A DNA stretch of 53,423 bases from Sulfuricurvum sp. (GCA_024762585.1 JANTHE010000001.1:1-53423), one strand, 5' to 3'; shown: positions 1-10,138, numbered from the stretch's first letter. Notes: a model not told the origin generated them from the letters alone. Translations and numbers: made by a program.

Positions 1-2
1 TA

Positions 3-461
3 ATCGAGCATGATTTGCATGCGAGCGCAAAGTTATACCAGCAGAAACAGTTTAATCTGCTGCAGCTTTCAAACTTCAAGGCATTGGACCGACGTGTTGT
101 TGTCCGGCATGCTGTCAGGGTATATCCTAAAATCAATACTCTTTTGGCACTGAGTTTTATGGATGGTAAACCATTGGGAGAGGGAACCCTGATGGATATT
201 TCTCTTGGCGGGATTGCCATTTTGGTGAATGAGCCGTTGTCAATAAAAGAAGGTCAGAATATTCAGATGCATTTCAATGCATCCCTGCTGGGGATATCTC
301 AAACTGTGAACGGGACATTGATTTTCATCTCAATGTACAATAAGGGCTATCGTTACCATTTTAAGTTATTGGCAAATACACAGCAAGAAAAAGTGATCGG
401 TGCCTATATCAGTCAGCGAGAAAAAGAGATCATAAAAAGTCTAAGAGAGTATCTGATCTGA
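3..461 (+). CDS. PilZ-domain (c-di-GMP-binding) protein, 5'-truncated by window edge
   Basis: Frame open from position 3; RxxxR (RHAVR) and DxSxxG (DISLGG) motifs. Confidence 0.75.
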   Translation: MEHDLHASAKLYQQKQFNLLQLSNFKALDRRVVVRHAVRVYPKINTLLALSFMDGKPLGEGTLMDISLGGIAILVNEPLSIKEGQNIQMHFNASLLGISQTVNGTLIFISMYNKGYRYHFKLLANTQQEKVIGAYISQREKEIIKSLREYLI

Positions 462-473
462 AAGAATAGAGAC

Positions 474-1910
474 CTATTTCGCGTTAATCCGCTTTTCATC
501 TGTTTGAATGTATTCCAGCAGGGCTTTGGCGTTTTGCGAGTAGCATACCAGCTGTTCTTCATCGACGAAACGGCTGTTTTTTCGCTGCAGTCTCAGGTAG
601 TCTTCATTGTGATAGAAACTAAACAACACTCCGCTGTAGAAGAAGTGGCGTCGTTCGAGCATGGCAATAACTTCGTCAATGTTTTCGATATGGTGCAGAT
701 TGATGTCTGCATATACCATTTCGCAGTGCTCTGTATGCATGAGGTCGATCAGTTCATCAAGCGCATCACTGTCAGGAATGGACTCGATGATAATGAAACC
801 GACATTGATACGCTCATTCAGGTGATAAGACAGTGATTGGCGAAACGGGTTTTTGGGGGGTTGTTTTAACATTTCAATGCCGGCGCATCTGTAAACCGAT
901 TCAATTTGCGTGCGATGACGTTGCGGCAGGGAGAGATAGCGCGGATGTTTGTCGAAAACAAGAAAGCTCATCATAGCACCGCTGCGCAGTACCGACTTTA
1001 GTTGATGTTCAATTTCGGTTTGCGAGGGAACTTCACCAAGGACAATAGCGCTTTCGCACATGCCATGACTCAGATTGGCTTTTTGGCTGTAAGGGTGAAG
1101 CATAATAGCCTCGCCAAAAAATGCGTTGAGTTCCAAGACTCTTGCAGTGTCGATAATCGCATCGAACATTCGATTCATGATCCCCATTTTTTTGAATTCC
1201 GGATCAACCGCTGCGATAGCAATTTCTGCGATATTTGAACGACGCGATATGATAAGGGCAAAATGCCCGACGACACGCACGCCATACACGGCTACAATAG
1301 AGACCACTTCATACTCATGATTTAGACTACGAATTTTGATTGGGTCGTAAAACTGCGTTTTGTAATAAGTGTAGTGATAATTCTTATAAATAAGTCTTGC
1401 AATCCCCTCGGCGTCTTCATCTTTAAAACGACGGACGACGAGACGTTTTAAAATCGTCTGTTTGTCTGGCAGCGTTTTACTGGTTTCTCCGGTTTGTACG
1501 TCATAATTATTATTGAATGACTGTATGATGCTGAATCGTTTCCCTTTGTTTTCTAGCATCGTGAACCAGAAGCGATCCACCAGGTCGTATATTCTGAAAA
1601 ATCCTTTCTTGTGAAGCGTGCTGTGATCGACGGCTTCGCTCATAAAAGGAGTGAAATCAAAAGGCAGCCCGCTGTCCTCCACATCGATCTGAAGTTGTCT
1701 TGGATAAATAGTGAAGCGAACGGTTACATCCATATTTTCCACTTTTTCATAGGCATGTTCAACCACATTCTCAAGCAGTTGCTCAAGTGCTTCAGAAAGT
1801 GCTTCGGGCCGTTGCAGCGGCAATAGCCTGCGCAAGTGGGCGTAAGTATATTTCAATAGATCAAAATGCCTTTTTCCGGTCAGCCGTATTTCAATAAGAT
1901 CACGCATCAC
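474..1910 (-). CDS. RsbW-like HATPase_c domain fused to GNAT N-acetyltransferase
   Basis: N-box EQLLENVVEHAY, G1 box VEDSGLPFD; GNAT motif A AVDPEFKKMGIM. Confidence 0.75.
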   Translation of the reverse strand: MMRDLIEIRLTGKRHFDLLKYTYAHLRRLLPLQRPEALSEALEQLLENVVEHAYEKVENMDVTVRFTIYPRQLQIDVEDSGLPFDFTPFMSEAVDHSTLHKKGFFRIYDLVDRFWFTMLENKGKRFSIIQSFNNNYDVQTGETSKTLPDKQTILKRLVVRRFKDEDAEGIARLIYKNYHYTYYKTQFYDPIKIRSLNHEYEVVSIVAVYGVRVVGHFALIISRRSNIAEIAIAAVDPEFKKMGIMNRMFDAIIDTARVLELNAFFGEAIMLHPYSQKANLSHGMCESAIVLGEVPSQTEIEHQLKSVLRSGAMMSFLVFDKHPRYLSLPQRHRTQIESVYRCAGIEMLKQPPKNPFRQSLSYHLNERINVGFIIIESIPDSDALDELIDLMHTEHCEMVYADINLHHIENIDEVIAMLERRHFFYSGVLFSFYHNEDYLRLQRKNSRFVDEEQLVCYSQNAKALLEYIQTDEKRINAK

Positions 1911-3090
1911 CCATCGCTTCGAGCGCAGCCAGCGCCATGATTTTCATGCCATACTCAAGCGCGTCGTCATCGACGTCGAAACGGGCGTTGTGCTGCGAAA
2001 CGCAGGTGCCTTTGTCCGGGTTGCAGGTGCCCAGCCGGAAAAAGGCTCCCGGAACTCGTTCGAGGTAGCGTCCGAAATCTTCGCCGCCCATAACCGGATC
2101 GAGGAGGTCGATGGTGTTTTCGGGCCCAATAACCGTTTCCGCGGCATGGCGCACAATGTCCACCATAGGGTCATGATTGCAGACCTCGGGCGAACCAAAG
2201 CTATAAGTAAACTTGTACGTGGCGTGCATCGATTCGCAGATCCCCTTGAGGGAAACTTCCATCATCTCCGGAATGGCGTGGCGGACATCATGATTGACCG
2301 TTCTGACCGTGCCGCACACTTTGACATGGTCGCAGATGACGTTGGCCGCCGTACCGCCTTCGACCGTGCCCAGCGAGATGACGGCCGGGTGCAGCGGGTC
2401 GATGCGGCGCGAGACGATGTGGTTGAGCGAGTTGACCGCCATGGACATCACCAAGATGGCGTCGACGCCTTCATGCGGACGCGCTCCGTGCGCGCTTTTG
2501 CCGAAGACCTCGATCTCGAACGTATCGGCCGAGGCCAGCATGACGCCGTATTTGTAACCGATCTGACCGGTATTGAGATAGGGGTAGGCGTGCAGCCCGA
2601 AGATCGCCTTGACGTTTTCAAGCGCGCCGTGGGCGATCATCTGCGCACTTCCGCCGTCGGTGATCTCTTCGGCGGGCTGGAAAATGAAACGAAGATTTCC
2701 ATTCAGCTGTTCACGCACGGTGTTGAGCGCCAGTGCGGCGCCGAGCAGTATAGCCGTATGCGAATCATGCCCGCAGGCGTGCATGATGCCGGCTTCTCTG
2801 GAGGCATAGGGTGCTTCGGTACGCTCCTGGATGGGCAGGGCGTCGATGTCGGCCCGCAGCGCGACGAACGGAGCCCCTTCTTGTTGTACGAGGTCGGCAA
2901 TCAGGCCGTAGTTGTCATCGAACGAACGGACATTGAACCCTTCGGCTTCCAAAATCCCCTTGATGAGAAACGAGGTATGTTCCTCTTTTCCCGAAAGTTC
3001 CGGATGGGCATGTAGCTCATGCCTTACAATTACGATCCGTTCATTGATTTTGTCAATGGTCTCGAAGAGTGTTGTTTGGAGTGTATCCAT
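1900..3090 (-). CDS. M20D family amidohydrolase
   Basis: HAHPELSG, RADIDALPI, MHACGHDSH, FQPAEE, GGEDF motifs. Confidence 0.92.
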   Translation of the reverse strand: MDTLQTTLFETIDKINERIVIVRHELHAHPELSGKEEHTSFLIKGILEAEGFNVRSFDDNYGLIADLVQQEGAPFVALRADIDALPIQERTEAPYASREAGIMHACGHDSHTAILLGAALALNTVREQLNGNLRFIFQPAEEITDGGSAQMIAHGALENVKAIFGLHAYPYLNTGQIGYKYGVMLASADTFEIEVFGKSAHGARPHEGVDAILVMSMAVNSLNHIVSRRIDPLHPAVISLGTVEGGTAANVICDHVKVCGTVRTVNHDVRHAIPEMMEVSLKGICESMHATYKFTYSFGSPEVCNHDPMVDIVRHAAETVIGPENTIDLLDPVMGGEDFGRYLERVPGAFFRLGTCNPDKGTCVSQHNARFDVDDDALEYGMKIMALAALEAMGDA

Positions 3091-3110
3091 GATAATACCC
3101 CTTTTTTTTC

Positions 3111-3116
3111 ATTATA
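3111..3116 (-). promoter_or_regulatory. -10 box (TATAAT) for the amidohydrolase-GNAT operon
   Basis: ATTATA on + strand, 20 nt upstream of ATG, AGGGG SD in between. Confidence 0.55.
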
Positions 3117-3193
3117 TTCCTGCGGAATTGAAAGATTGCTGATATCTATGTTTGGCTAAAATGGCGGGAAAATTAGGTATAAAAAGGATGCAC

Positions 3194-3568
3194 ATGGAAT
3201 ATATCCAGACCAACAAGGCACCGGCGGCGATCGGGCCGTATTCGCAGGCGGTCAAGGTGAACGGCATGGTCTACACCTCCGGACAGATCGCATTGACGCC
3301 TGAAGGTGAGATGCTCGAAAACGATGTCATTGTTCAGACAAAGCAGGTGCTTAAAAACCTGACCGCCGTCCTCGAAGCGGCCGGAAGCGGGCTTGACAAG
3401 GTGATAAAAACGACGATATTTTTAGATAGCATGGACGATTTCGCGACCGTCAACGAGCTTTACGCCGAAGCCTTTGGCGACCACAAGCCCGCACGTTCCA
3501 CCGTGGCGGTCAAGACACTGCCCAAAAACGCGCTGGTCGAGATTGACGCGGTGGCACTTGCAGAGTAG
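3194..3568 (+). CDS. ridA: RidA family enamine/imine deaminase
   Basis: APAAIGPYSQA, SGQI, PARSTV, LPKNALVEID; AAGGA SD before ATG 3194. Confidence 0.92.
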   Translation: MEYIQTNKAPAAIGPYSQAVKVNGMVYTSGQIALTPEGEMLENDVIVQTKQVLKNLTAVLEAAGSGLDKVIKTTIFLDSMDDFATVNELYAEAFGDHKPARSTVAVKTLPKNALVEIDAVALAE

Positions 3569-3580
3569 AGCCTTTTTGGC

Positions 3581-3586
3581 TATAAT
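3581..3586 (+). promoter_or_regulatory. -10 box (gcTATAAT) upstream of structured RNA and rplU
   Basis: Perfect TATAAT directly after ridA stop. Confidence 0.65.
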
Positions 3587-3595
3587 TCCGCCACT

Positions 3596-3769
3596 AAAAG
3601 AACAGGAACCTCTCTTGAAGACTGAGAGTGTAACCAGAGGGGCGAGGTAAGTCGCCGGCATGCGTGCCCCGCACGCCCCTCCATCCAGACGCTAAAAGGT
3701 CTGATCGTACGGATTGTCACGTTAATGATGCGTTGGTTGCGCTCTGAGTCTTTAAGTGAAGATTCTTTT
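3596..3769 (+). ncRNA. Putative structured RNA (rplU leader or independent ncRNA), family unassigned
   Basis: 3614-3636 pairs with 3734-3756 (22 bp, 3 G-U, 1 mismatch) enclosing GC-rich hairpins. Confidence 0.6.
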
Positions 3770-3791
3770 CTAAAATTTTCAAGGATACGCT

Positions 3792-4100
3792 ATGTACGCA
3801 ATCATCAAAAACGGTGGCAAGCAGTATAAAGTGGAAGAGGGTGATATTCTTCTGCTTGACAAAATGTCGCTTGAGCCGAAAGATACGGTCGAGATCAAAG
3901 AGGTCCTCGCTGTCAACGCCGGTGAGCTCAAAACGGGTGCGCCTTTCGTCGAAGGTGCGGTCGTGACGGCTGAAGTCATCAATGAAGGCCGTGAGAAGAA
4001 AGTCACGATCTACAAAAAACGTCGTCGTAAAGACAGCAAACTCAAGCGCGGCTTCCGCCGCAGCTTCACTCGTGTTCGCATCACGAAGATCGCAGCGTAA
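3792..4100 (+). CDS. rplU: 50S ribosomal protein L21
   Basis: [15 protein letters not shown]-terminus, 102 aa. Confidence 0.98.
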   Translation: MYAIIKNGGKQYKVEEGDILLLDKMSLEPKDTVEIKEVLAVNAGELKTGAPFVEGAVVTAEVINEGREKKVTIYKKRRRKDSKLKRGFRRSFTRVRITKIAA

Positions 4101-4110
4101 GGGGTAACGA

Positions 4111-4371
4111 ATGGCACATAAGAAAGGTCAAGGTAGTACACAGAATAACCGTGATTCGGCGGGTCGCAGACTCGGTGTGAAAAAGTACGGCGGCGAGAGC
4201 GTCAAAGCCGGTAACATCATCATTCGCCAGCGTGGTACCAAAGTCCACCCGGGCCAGAACATCGGTATGGGCAAAGACCATACGCTGTATGCGCTGTGTG
4301 ACGGTATCGTTCAGTTCGAGCGCAAGGACAAGACCCGCAAGCAGGTCTCCATCGTTCCAGCCGCTTCTTAA
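4111..4371 (+). CDS. rpmA: 50S ribosomal protein L27
   Basis: [24 protein letters not shown]. Confidence 0.98.
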   Translation: MAHKKGQGSTQNNRDSAGRRLGVKKYGGESVKAGNIIIRQRGTKVHPGQNIGMGKDHTLYALCDGIVQFERKDKTRKQVSIVPAAS

Positions 4372-4375
4372 AACA

Positions 4376-4458
4376 ATACGCCGTCCGAGCAAAGCCCGGA
4401 CGGCTGCGCTGACGCTGAGTCCTCCTCGGCGGAGTGCCCACGCGCAGTCAACCGCGCT
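4376..4458 (+). repeat. Structured intergenic repeat, copy 1
   Basis: Hairpin GCCGTCCGAGC-AAA-GCCCGGACGGC; aligns with reverse complement of 39878-39961. Confidence 0.7.
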
Positions 4459-4554
4459 TGTTTCATCATCTTCGGAATCTCTTCAGTTTATTTGATAGTA
4501 TACTTTCAGCGAGTGTTGTATTAAGTAAATTGGATGACGCTAAGGATCAAAAGT

Positions 4555-5655
4555 ATGTTTGTCGATCAGATTGAATTGGAATTGTCATCAGGTAAAGGCG
4601 GGGCAGGCTGTGTGGCGTTTCGCCGTGAAAAATTCGTGATCAAAGGCGGCCCGAACGGCGGTGACGGCGGTCGGGGCGGTGATGTCTGGTTCCGGGTCGA
4701 CAACAACACGCATACGCTGGCGCATTTGCACGGCAAGCATAAAATGGGTGCGGAGAACGGCAAGCCGGGCATGGGATCAAACATGACCGGCAAATCGGCG
4801 CCGAAGCTTTTCGTTATCGTGCCGCCGGGCACGCAGGTGCTCGATGCCGAAACCGGCGAGCTGCTGATGGACCTGGTGCACGAAGGGCAGGAGAAGAAAC
4901 TGCTCTCCGGCGGCAAAGGGGGATTGGGCAATACCCATTTTAAATCGTCGACCAATCAGCGTCCGACCTATGCACAGCCGGGCGAAGGGGGAGAGACGCG
5001 CAAAGTCCGTCTGGAACTGAAGCTGATTGCCGATGTTGGACTTGTCGGTTTCCCGAATGTCGGCAAATCGACATTGATTTCGACTGTCTCCAACGCCGAA
5101 CCCGAGATTGCCAATTATGAGTTCACGACGCTGACGCCGAAACTGGGACAGGTCCGCATCAGCGACTATGAATCGTTCGTTATGGCGGATATCCCCGGTA
5201 TCATCGGGGGTGCGAGCGAAGGACGGGGGCTGGGTCTGCAGTTCCTGCGCCATATCGAACGCACCAAAACGCTGCTGTTCATGATCGACCTGGCGTCGTA
5301 CATGACCATGACCTATCAGTATGAAACCCTGCGGACGGAACTTGAGAAGTTCAGCGAACCTCTTTCAACGCGTGCATTCGCCATTGCTTTGACCCGTTCT
5401 GACGCGCTTGCCAGAGAAGAAGCGGAAGCAAAGATCGAAGAGATGATGGCACTGTTGGGATTGGAACCCTCTTCAAAAAGTCAGTACGGGTTTGACCCGT
5501 CGCTGCCGTTTTTTGAGCAGGACCTCGCGGACGAGACGCATGAATTCGACATTGAAAAGCCCTGTTTCATGGCGCCGATCTCTTCGGTAGCGCATGAAAA
5601 CATCAAGCCGCTTAACTACGCGCTTTATGCTTTGGTGCAAGGGCAGGGGCGTTGA
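4555..5655 (+). CDS. obgE: GTPase ObgE/CgtA
   Basis: MFVDQ start, Gly-rich Obg domain, [19 protein letters not shown]. Confidence 0.97.
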   Translation: MFVDQIELELSSGKGGAGCVAFRREKFVIKGGPNGGDGGRGGDVWFRVDNNTHTLAHLHGKHKMGAENGKPGMGSNMTGKSAPKLFVIVPPGTQVLDAETGELLMDLVHEGQEKKLLSGGKGGLGNTHFKSSTNQRPTYAQPGEGGETRKVRLELKLIADVGLVGFPNVGKSTLISTVSNAEPEIANYEFTTLTPKLGQVRISDYESFVMADIPGIIGGASEGRGLGLQFLRHIERTKTLLFMIDLASYMTMTYQYETLRTELEKFSEPLSTRAFAIALTRSDALAREEAEAKIEEMMALLGLEPSSKSQYGFDPSLPFFEQDLADETHEFDIEKPCFMAPISSVAHENIKPLNYALYALVQGQGR

Positions 5656-6419
5656 AACGCATAGTCTTGAAGGTTGGCAGTGCCGTATTGACGGAGAACA
5701 ATCGCATCGCACGCGATCGGATGCAGAGCCTGGTCGATCTTATTGCCAAACTCAAATCGCGCTATGAAGTGATTCTCGTCTCCAGCGGTGCCGTCGCGGC
5801 AGGCTACACGGAGCTGAAACTCGACAAACGCGTACTGGCCAACAAGCAGGCGCTGGCCGCCATCGGCCAGCCGCTGCTGCTGCACCGCTACAAAAAGAAG
5901 TTTGCCGCATACGGTATTTTACCCGCGCAGATTCTGGTGACGGCGGCGAATTTCAACACCGATTCGCAGGTCGAAAAGGCCCGAAGCACGATCGAAACAC
6001 TGCTGGAGAACGGGGTGGTGCCGATTATCAACGAGAATGATGCCACTGCCGTCGAAGAGCTGGTGCTGGGTGATAATGATCAGCTCTCCGCATACGCCGC
6101 CTATCATCTTGACGCCGATATGCTGGTCATCCTTTCCGATATCGACGCCTATTACGATAAAGATCCCAACTGTCACGACGACGCCTGTGTCCAGCCGGTG
6201 GTGCATATGATCGATCCAGTCGAACTTGAACGCGAAGTGACGCCGAACAACAGCTTTGCGACGGGAGGCATCGTCACCAAGCTTAAAGCGGCGAATTTCC
6301 TGCTCGAGCGGGGACGCTCCATGTTCCTCGCGAGCGGTTTCGATCTGGGTGACGCCGAAAACTTTCTGCTGCACGACCGTCACAGCGGCGGCACGCTCTT
6401 TGTGCCGAAAGAGGACTGA
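5652..6419 (+). CDS. proB: Glutamate 5-kinase (no PUA domain)
   Basis: [39 protein letters not shown]. Confidence 0.96.
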   Translation: MKRIVLKVGSAVLTENNRIARDRMQSLVDLIAKLKSRYEVILVSSGAVAAGYTELKLDKRVLANKQALAAIGQPLLLHRYKKKFAAYGILPAQILVTAANFNTDSQVEKARSTIETLLENGVVPIINENDATAVEELVLGDNDQLSAYAAYHLDADMLVILSDIDAYYDKDPNCHDDACVQPVVHMIDPVELEREVTPNNSFATGGIVTKLKAANFLLERGRSMFLASGFDLGDAENFLLHDRHSGGTLFVPKED

Positions 6420-7328
6420 ATGAAGATTATCTTTATGGGAACGCCGGACTACGCCTCGCGGATTTTGCAAACACTTCTGGCGCAAGACGATATGGAAGTC
6501 ATCGCGGTCTATACCCAGCCCGACAAACCGGTCGGACGCAAGAAGACCTTGACACCTCCACCGGTCAAAACAGTAGCGCAAGAGGTGGGGATTCCCGTGC
6601 ATCAGCCCACATCGCTGCGCGATGAGGAGACGATCCACGCCCTGCAGGCGACAGAGTGCGATTTCATTGTTGTGGCGGCATACGGTCAGATCCTGCCACA
6701 GCCGGTGCTCGATCATGCACCCTGCATCAACCTCCACGCCTCCATTTTACCGCACTATCGGGGTGCAAGCCCGATACAGCAGAGCATCCTGAACGGCGAC
6801 AGCGAGACCGGTGTGACCGCGATGCTGATGGAAGCAGGGCTGGATACGGGCCCCATCCTCGCTATTGAGCGCATCCCCGTGGGGCCGGACGAGATGGTCG
6901 AATCGCTGTTCGATCGTCTGACCGGACTGGCGGCCGAAATGACACCGAATGTATTACGTCATTTCACGTCGCTCACGCCGCGTGCACAAAACAGTGCCGA
7001 AGCCACGCTTTGCAAAAAAATCAGCAAGGCCGATGGCGAGGTCGTGTTTGAAGATGCACGGCAGCTTTACAATAAATACCGTGCTTTTACGCCCTGGCCG
7101 GGCGTGTTTCTTCCAGGGGGACTCAAACTTATTAAAATGTCACTGGCTGAGTCGACTCAATCACATAAAGCGGGACAAATACTGTTGATTGAAAAAACGC
7201 GTATCAGAGTAGGGTGCACCCGGGGATCTTTGTGGATCGAAATCCTGCAACCGCCGTCGAAAAAGGCGGTGTGCGCCGTCGATTACCTTAACGGAAAGCG
7301 GCTGGGCCTTGACGATACGCTGGCTTGA
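6420..7328 (+). CDS. fmt: Methionyl-tRNA formyltransferase
   Basis: IFMGTPDY, TQPDKPVGR, NLHASILPHYRGASPIQ. Confidence 0.97.
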   Translation: MKIIFMGTPDYASRILQTLLAQDDMEVIAVYTQPDKPVGRKKTLTPPPVKTVAQEVGIPVHQPTSLRDEETIHALQATECDFIVVAAYGQILPQPVLDHAPCINLHASILPHYRGASPIQQSILNGDSETGVTAMLMEAGLDTGPILAIERIPVGPDEMVESLFDRLTGLAAEMTPNVLRHFTSLTPRAQNSAEATLCKKISKADGEVVFEDARQLYNKYRAFTPWPGVFLPGGLKLIKMSLAESTQSHKAGQILLIEKTRIRVGCTRGSLWIEILQPPSKKAVCAVDYLNGKRLGLDDTLA

Positions 7329-7944
7329 CGAAGTCGATTCGACGCAGCGCTTTCTCGGCGACGCATTGGCTGCGGGTGAGATGGCGCCTCCGTGTGCCGT
7401 GGTTGCGGAGCGCCAGTATGCGGGGCGCGGCAGTCGTGGAAACGTATGGACGGGGAAGGGAGGAAACCTTTTTGTCTCGTTCGCGGTTCATCGTGACAGG
7501 CTTCCTACGGACCTGAAACTTGAATCAAGCTCCATCTATTTCGCATTTTTGCTCAAAGAGACACTGCGCGCATCCGGCTCGAGCGTCTGGCTCAAATGGC
7601 CCAATGATTTTTATCTTGGAGATAAAAAAGTTGGGGGAGCGATTACAACATTGCGTCAGAATACCCTGATTTGCGGGATTGGGCTCAACCTCGTTTCGGC
7701 ACCAGAGTCTTTCGCTTCTCTGGATATTGAAATATCACGAAAAAAGTTGTTAAATGATTATTTCGAAACGCTGAAAGAAAATCCTCAATGGAAGCAGATT
7801 TTTAGATTGTACGCGCTAGAATTTGATAAAAGCAGACGATTCAAAACACATTATAAAGAGCATAAGTTTTCCTTGAAAAATGCTTTGTTGTGCGAAGACG
7901 GATCGATCGAGTGCGACGGGCAAAGGATGTACAGCCAGCGATGA
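7309..7944 (+). CDS. birA: Biotin-protein ligase (no HTH)
   Basis: DSTQ, QYAGRGSRG, LKWPND, KVGG, GIGLN. Confidence 0.93.
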   Translation: MTIRWLDEVDSTQRFLGDALAAGEMAPPCAVVAERQYAGRGSRGNVWTGKGGNLFVSFAVHRDRLPTDLKLESSSIYFAFLLKETLRASGSSVWLKWPNDFYLGDKKVGGAITTLRQNTLICGIGLNLVSAPESFASLDIEISRKKLLNDYFETLKENPQWKQIFRLYALEFDKSRRFKTHYKEHKFSLKNALLCEDGSIECDGQRMYSQR

Positions 7945-8723
7945 GTGAAGTTATAGTAATCGCCAATCAAAAAGGGGGTGTCGGAAAGACAACGACCGCC
8001 GTCAATCTTGCCGCGTCGCTTGCGGTGGAAGGCAAACGTGTGCTGCTGATCGATGCCGATCCGCAGGCCAATGCGACGACCTCTCTGGGCTATACGCGCA
8101 ATGATTACGAATTCAACATCTATCATGTTCTGATTGGGGCGAAAAAGCTCTCCGACATCATACTCTCCTCGGAGCTGCCGCTGCTGGATCTGGCACCGTC
8201 GAACATCGGGCTCGTCGGCGTAGAAAAAGAGTACTACGATTCCGGTCAGAGCAAAGGGCGTGAGCTCATTATGAAAAAGGCGATTGCACAGGTGAAATCT
8301 CAATACGATTATGTCGTTATTGATTCACCGCCGGCACTGGGGCCGATGACCATCAACGCGCTGAGCGCCTCGAACTCCGTTATTATCCCGATTCAGTGTG
8401 AATTTTTCGCACTGGAGGGACTGGCGCAGCTGCTCAATACCGTCCGCCTGATCCGCAAGACCATCAACCCGTCGCTGGCCATCAAGGGATTCCTGCCGAC
8501 CATGTACAGTTCGCAGAACAACCTTTCCAAGCAGGTACTGGCCGATCTTCGCCAGCACTTTAAAGGTAAGCTCTTTACCGATGATACCGATGACTGTATT
8601 GTCATCCCCCGCAATGTCAAACTGGCCGAAAGCCCGAGTTTCGGCAAGCCGGCTATTCTTTACGACGGGCGGTCGCGCGGATCGGTCGCGTATCAAAACC
8701 TCGCGCAGGCCATTCTCGCGTAG
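7941..8723 (+). CDS. parA: Chromosome partitioning ATPase ParA/Soj
   Basis: NQKGGVGKTTT, DADPQANAT, LAESPSFG. Confidence 0.96.
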   Translation: MSEVIVIANQKGGVGKTTTAVNLAASLAVEGKRVLLIDADPQANATTSLGYTRNDYEFNIYHVLIGAKKLSDIILSSELPLLDLAPSNIGLVGVEKEYYDSGQSKGRELIMKKAIAQVKSQYDYVVIDSPPALGPMTINALSASNSVIIPIQCEFFALEGLAQLLNTVRLIRKTINPSLAIKGFLPTMYSSQNNLSKQVLADLRQHFKGKLFTDDTDDCIVIPRNVKLAESPSFGKPAILYDGRSRGSVAYQNLAQAILA

Positions 8724-8726
8724 ATC

Positions 8727-9575
8727 ATGGCAAAAATGAAGTCACTCGGAAGAGGGTTGGGCGAACTGCTCGGCGAGATCGAAGAGGTGTACGATAATGA
8801 AGTGCCTAAAAACGCGCAGGTGGTCGAAGTCCCCCTGACGCAGATTCGTCCCAATCCGTTTCAACCACGTAAACATTTTGATGAAAAAGCGCTCTCCGAA
8901 CTGGCCGCTTCGATCAAGGCCCATGGGTTGATTCAACCCATTGTAGTCGTAGAAAATGTGGACGGTTACGTTTTGGTTGCCGGCGAACGTCGCTGGCGTG
9001 CCAGCAAGCTGGCAAAACTTAAGCATATCCGTGCTGTCATCGCTTCTATAGATGAGTCTCAGATGCGTCAACATGCGCTTGTCGAAAATATCCAGCGCGA
9101 AGAACTCAATGTAGTCGAGTTAGCCAGAGCATATGAAGAGCTGATTGAACTGCATGGTCTAACGCAAGAAGAGCTCTCTTCTGTTGTCCATAAAAGCAGA
9201 AGTCATATTACCAATACGCTTCGACTGCTGCAGTTGTCGAAAAAGACTCTGAATGCGTTGGTCGATGAAAAAATCAGTGCCGGGCATGCAAAAATTCTTG
9301 TCGGCCTTACTGATAAAGAGCAGAAGGTGATGGTGGACTCCATTTATGGACAGAAGCTGAGCGTACGTGAAACGGAGCGGATGGTCAAAAATAAAAAAAA
9401 GGCTACCGCATCCGAAGAATTGCACAGCAATAAATTGGTTAAAACTCTAGACCTTGATGCGTTGTGCGATGCACTGAAAAAGAGTGGGTTTTCCGTCTCT
9501 GCATCCGGGAATAAAATTGCTGTAACTTTCAAAGACGGTGAGGATGTTGCACATTTTCTGGACATGATTCAATAG
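8727..9575 (+). CDS. parB: Chromosome partitioning protein ParB
   Basis: LGRGL, NPFQPRK, AGERRWRA, ENIQRE. Confidence 0.96.
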   Translation: MAKMKSLGRGLGELLGEIEEVYDNEVPKNAQVVEVPLTQIRPNPFQPRKHFDEKALSELAASIKAHGLIQPIVVVENVDGYVLVAGERRWRASKLAKLKHIRAVIASIDESQMRQHALVENIQREELNVVELARAYEELIELHGLTQEELSSVVHKSRSHITNTLRLLQLSKKTLNALVDEKISAGHAKILVGLTDKEQKVMVDSIYGQKLSVRETERMVKNKKKATASEELHSNKLVKTLDLDALCDALKKSGFSVSASGNKIAVTFKDGEDVAHFLDMIQ

Positions 9576-9678
9576 AATTTGCTTCTTTTTGTAACTTGGA
9601 ATTGAGCGAGTTTTAATATTTTCCCATATTTGTACTTTTTCTTTCGTTTGCTTAACAGGCTTTTTAATTTATAAATTG

Positions 9679-9684
9679 TATAAT
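9679..9684 (+). promoter_or_regulatory. -10 box of atp operon
   Basis: TATAAT preceded by T-tract-rich DNA; AGGAGG SD at 9697-9702. Confidence 0.65.
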
Positions 9685-9706
9685 CACGCAACATTTAGGA
9701 GGTGAT

Positions 9707-10129
9707 ATGTTAGATATTAGTCCACTGCTGCTCATAAGTACAGCTGTTGTCTTCCTTATCCTTATCGCCGTTCTAAACGGCATGCTCTACAAACCTCTCT
9801 TTGCTTTTATGGAAAAACGTGATCAGGACATTCAAAACGATCTTTCGGAAATCGGCTCGAACGATTCCGAAGTTTCTGCGTTGAATGCTACAGCGGATTC
9901 TATAGTGAGCGAAGCACGTTTGCAGGCGGCTGCGGAACGGGAAAAAGTGATTGCGGATGCGAAAAAGGCGGCGGAAGCCGTGATTGGTGCCAAGCGTACC
10001 GAACTGGCCAAAGCGTATGAAGCGTTCGAGGCGGAACTTGGCAAAGAGCGCGATGCACTGAAAGTGGCGCTTGGCGCAGAAACACCGGTCTATGTTGAAG
10101 CGGTTAACGCCAAAATCAGCAAGATATAA
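9707..10129 (+). CDS. F0F1 ATP synthase subunit b'
   Basis: N-terminal TM helix, LYKPL...MEKR, coiled coil; first gene of atp operon. Confidence 0.9.
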   Translation: MLDISPLLLISTAVVFLILIAVLNGMLYKPLFAFMEKRDQDIQNDLSEIGSNDSEVSALNATADSIVSEARLQAAAEREKVIADAKKAAEAVIGAKRTELAKAYEAFEAELGKERDALKVALGAETPVYVEAVNAKISKI

Positions 10130-10138
10130 GGAGGGGTG

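Noticed and set aside
3614-3756. Long inverted repeat as MITE ends
   Set aside because: No target-site duplication seen; deviations are mostly strand-specific G-U pairs, favouring RNA structure
7941-9575. parAB as a plasmid or prophage marker; search for parS
   Set aside because: Chromosomal-type genes in core synteny; no GTTTCACGTGAAAC palindrome spotted
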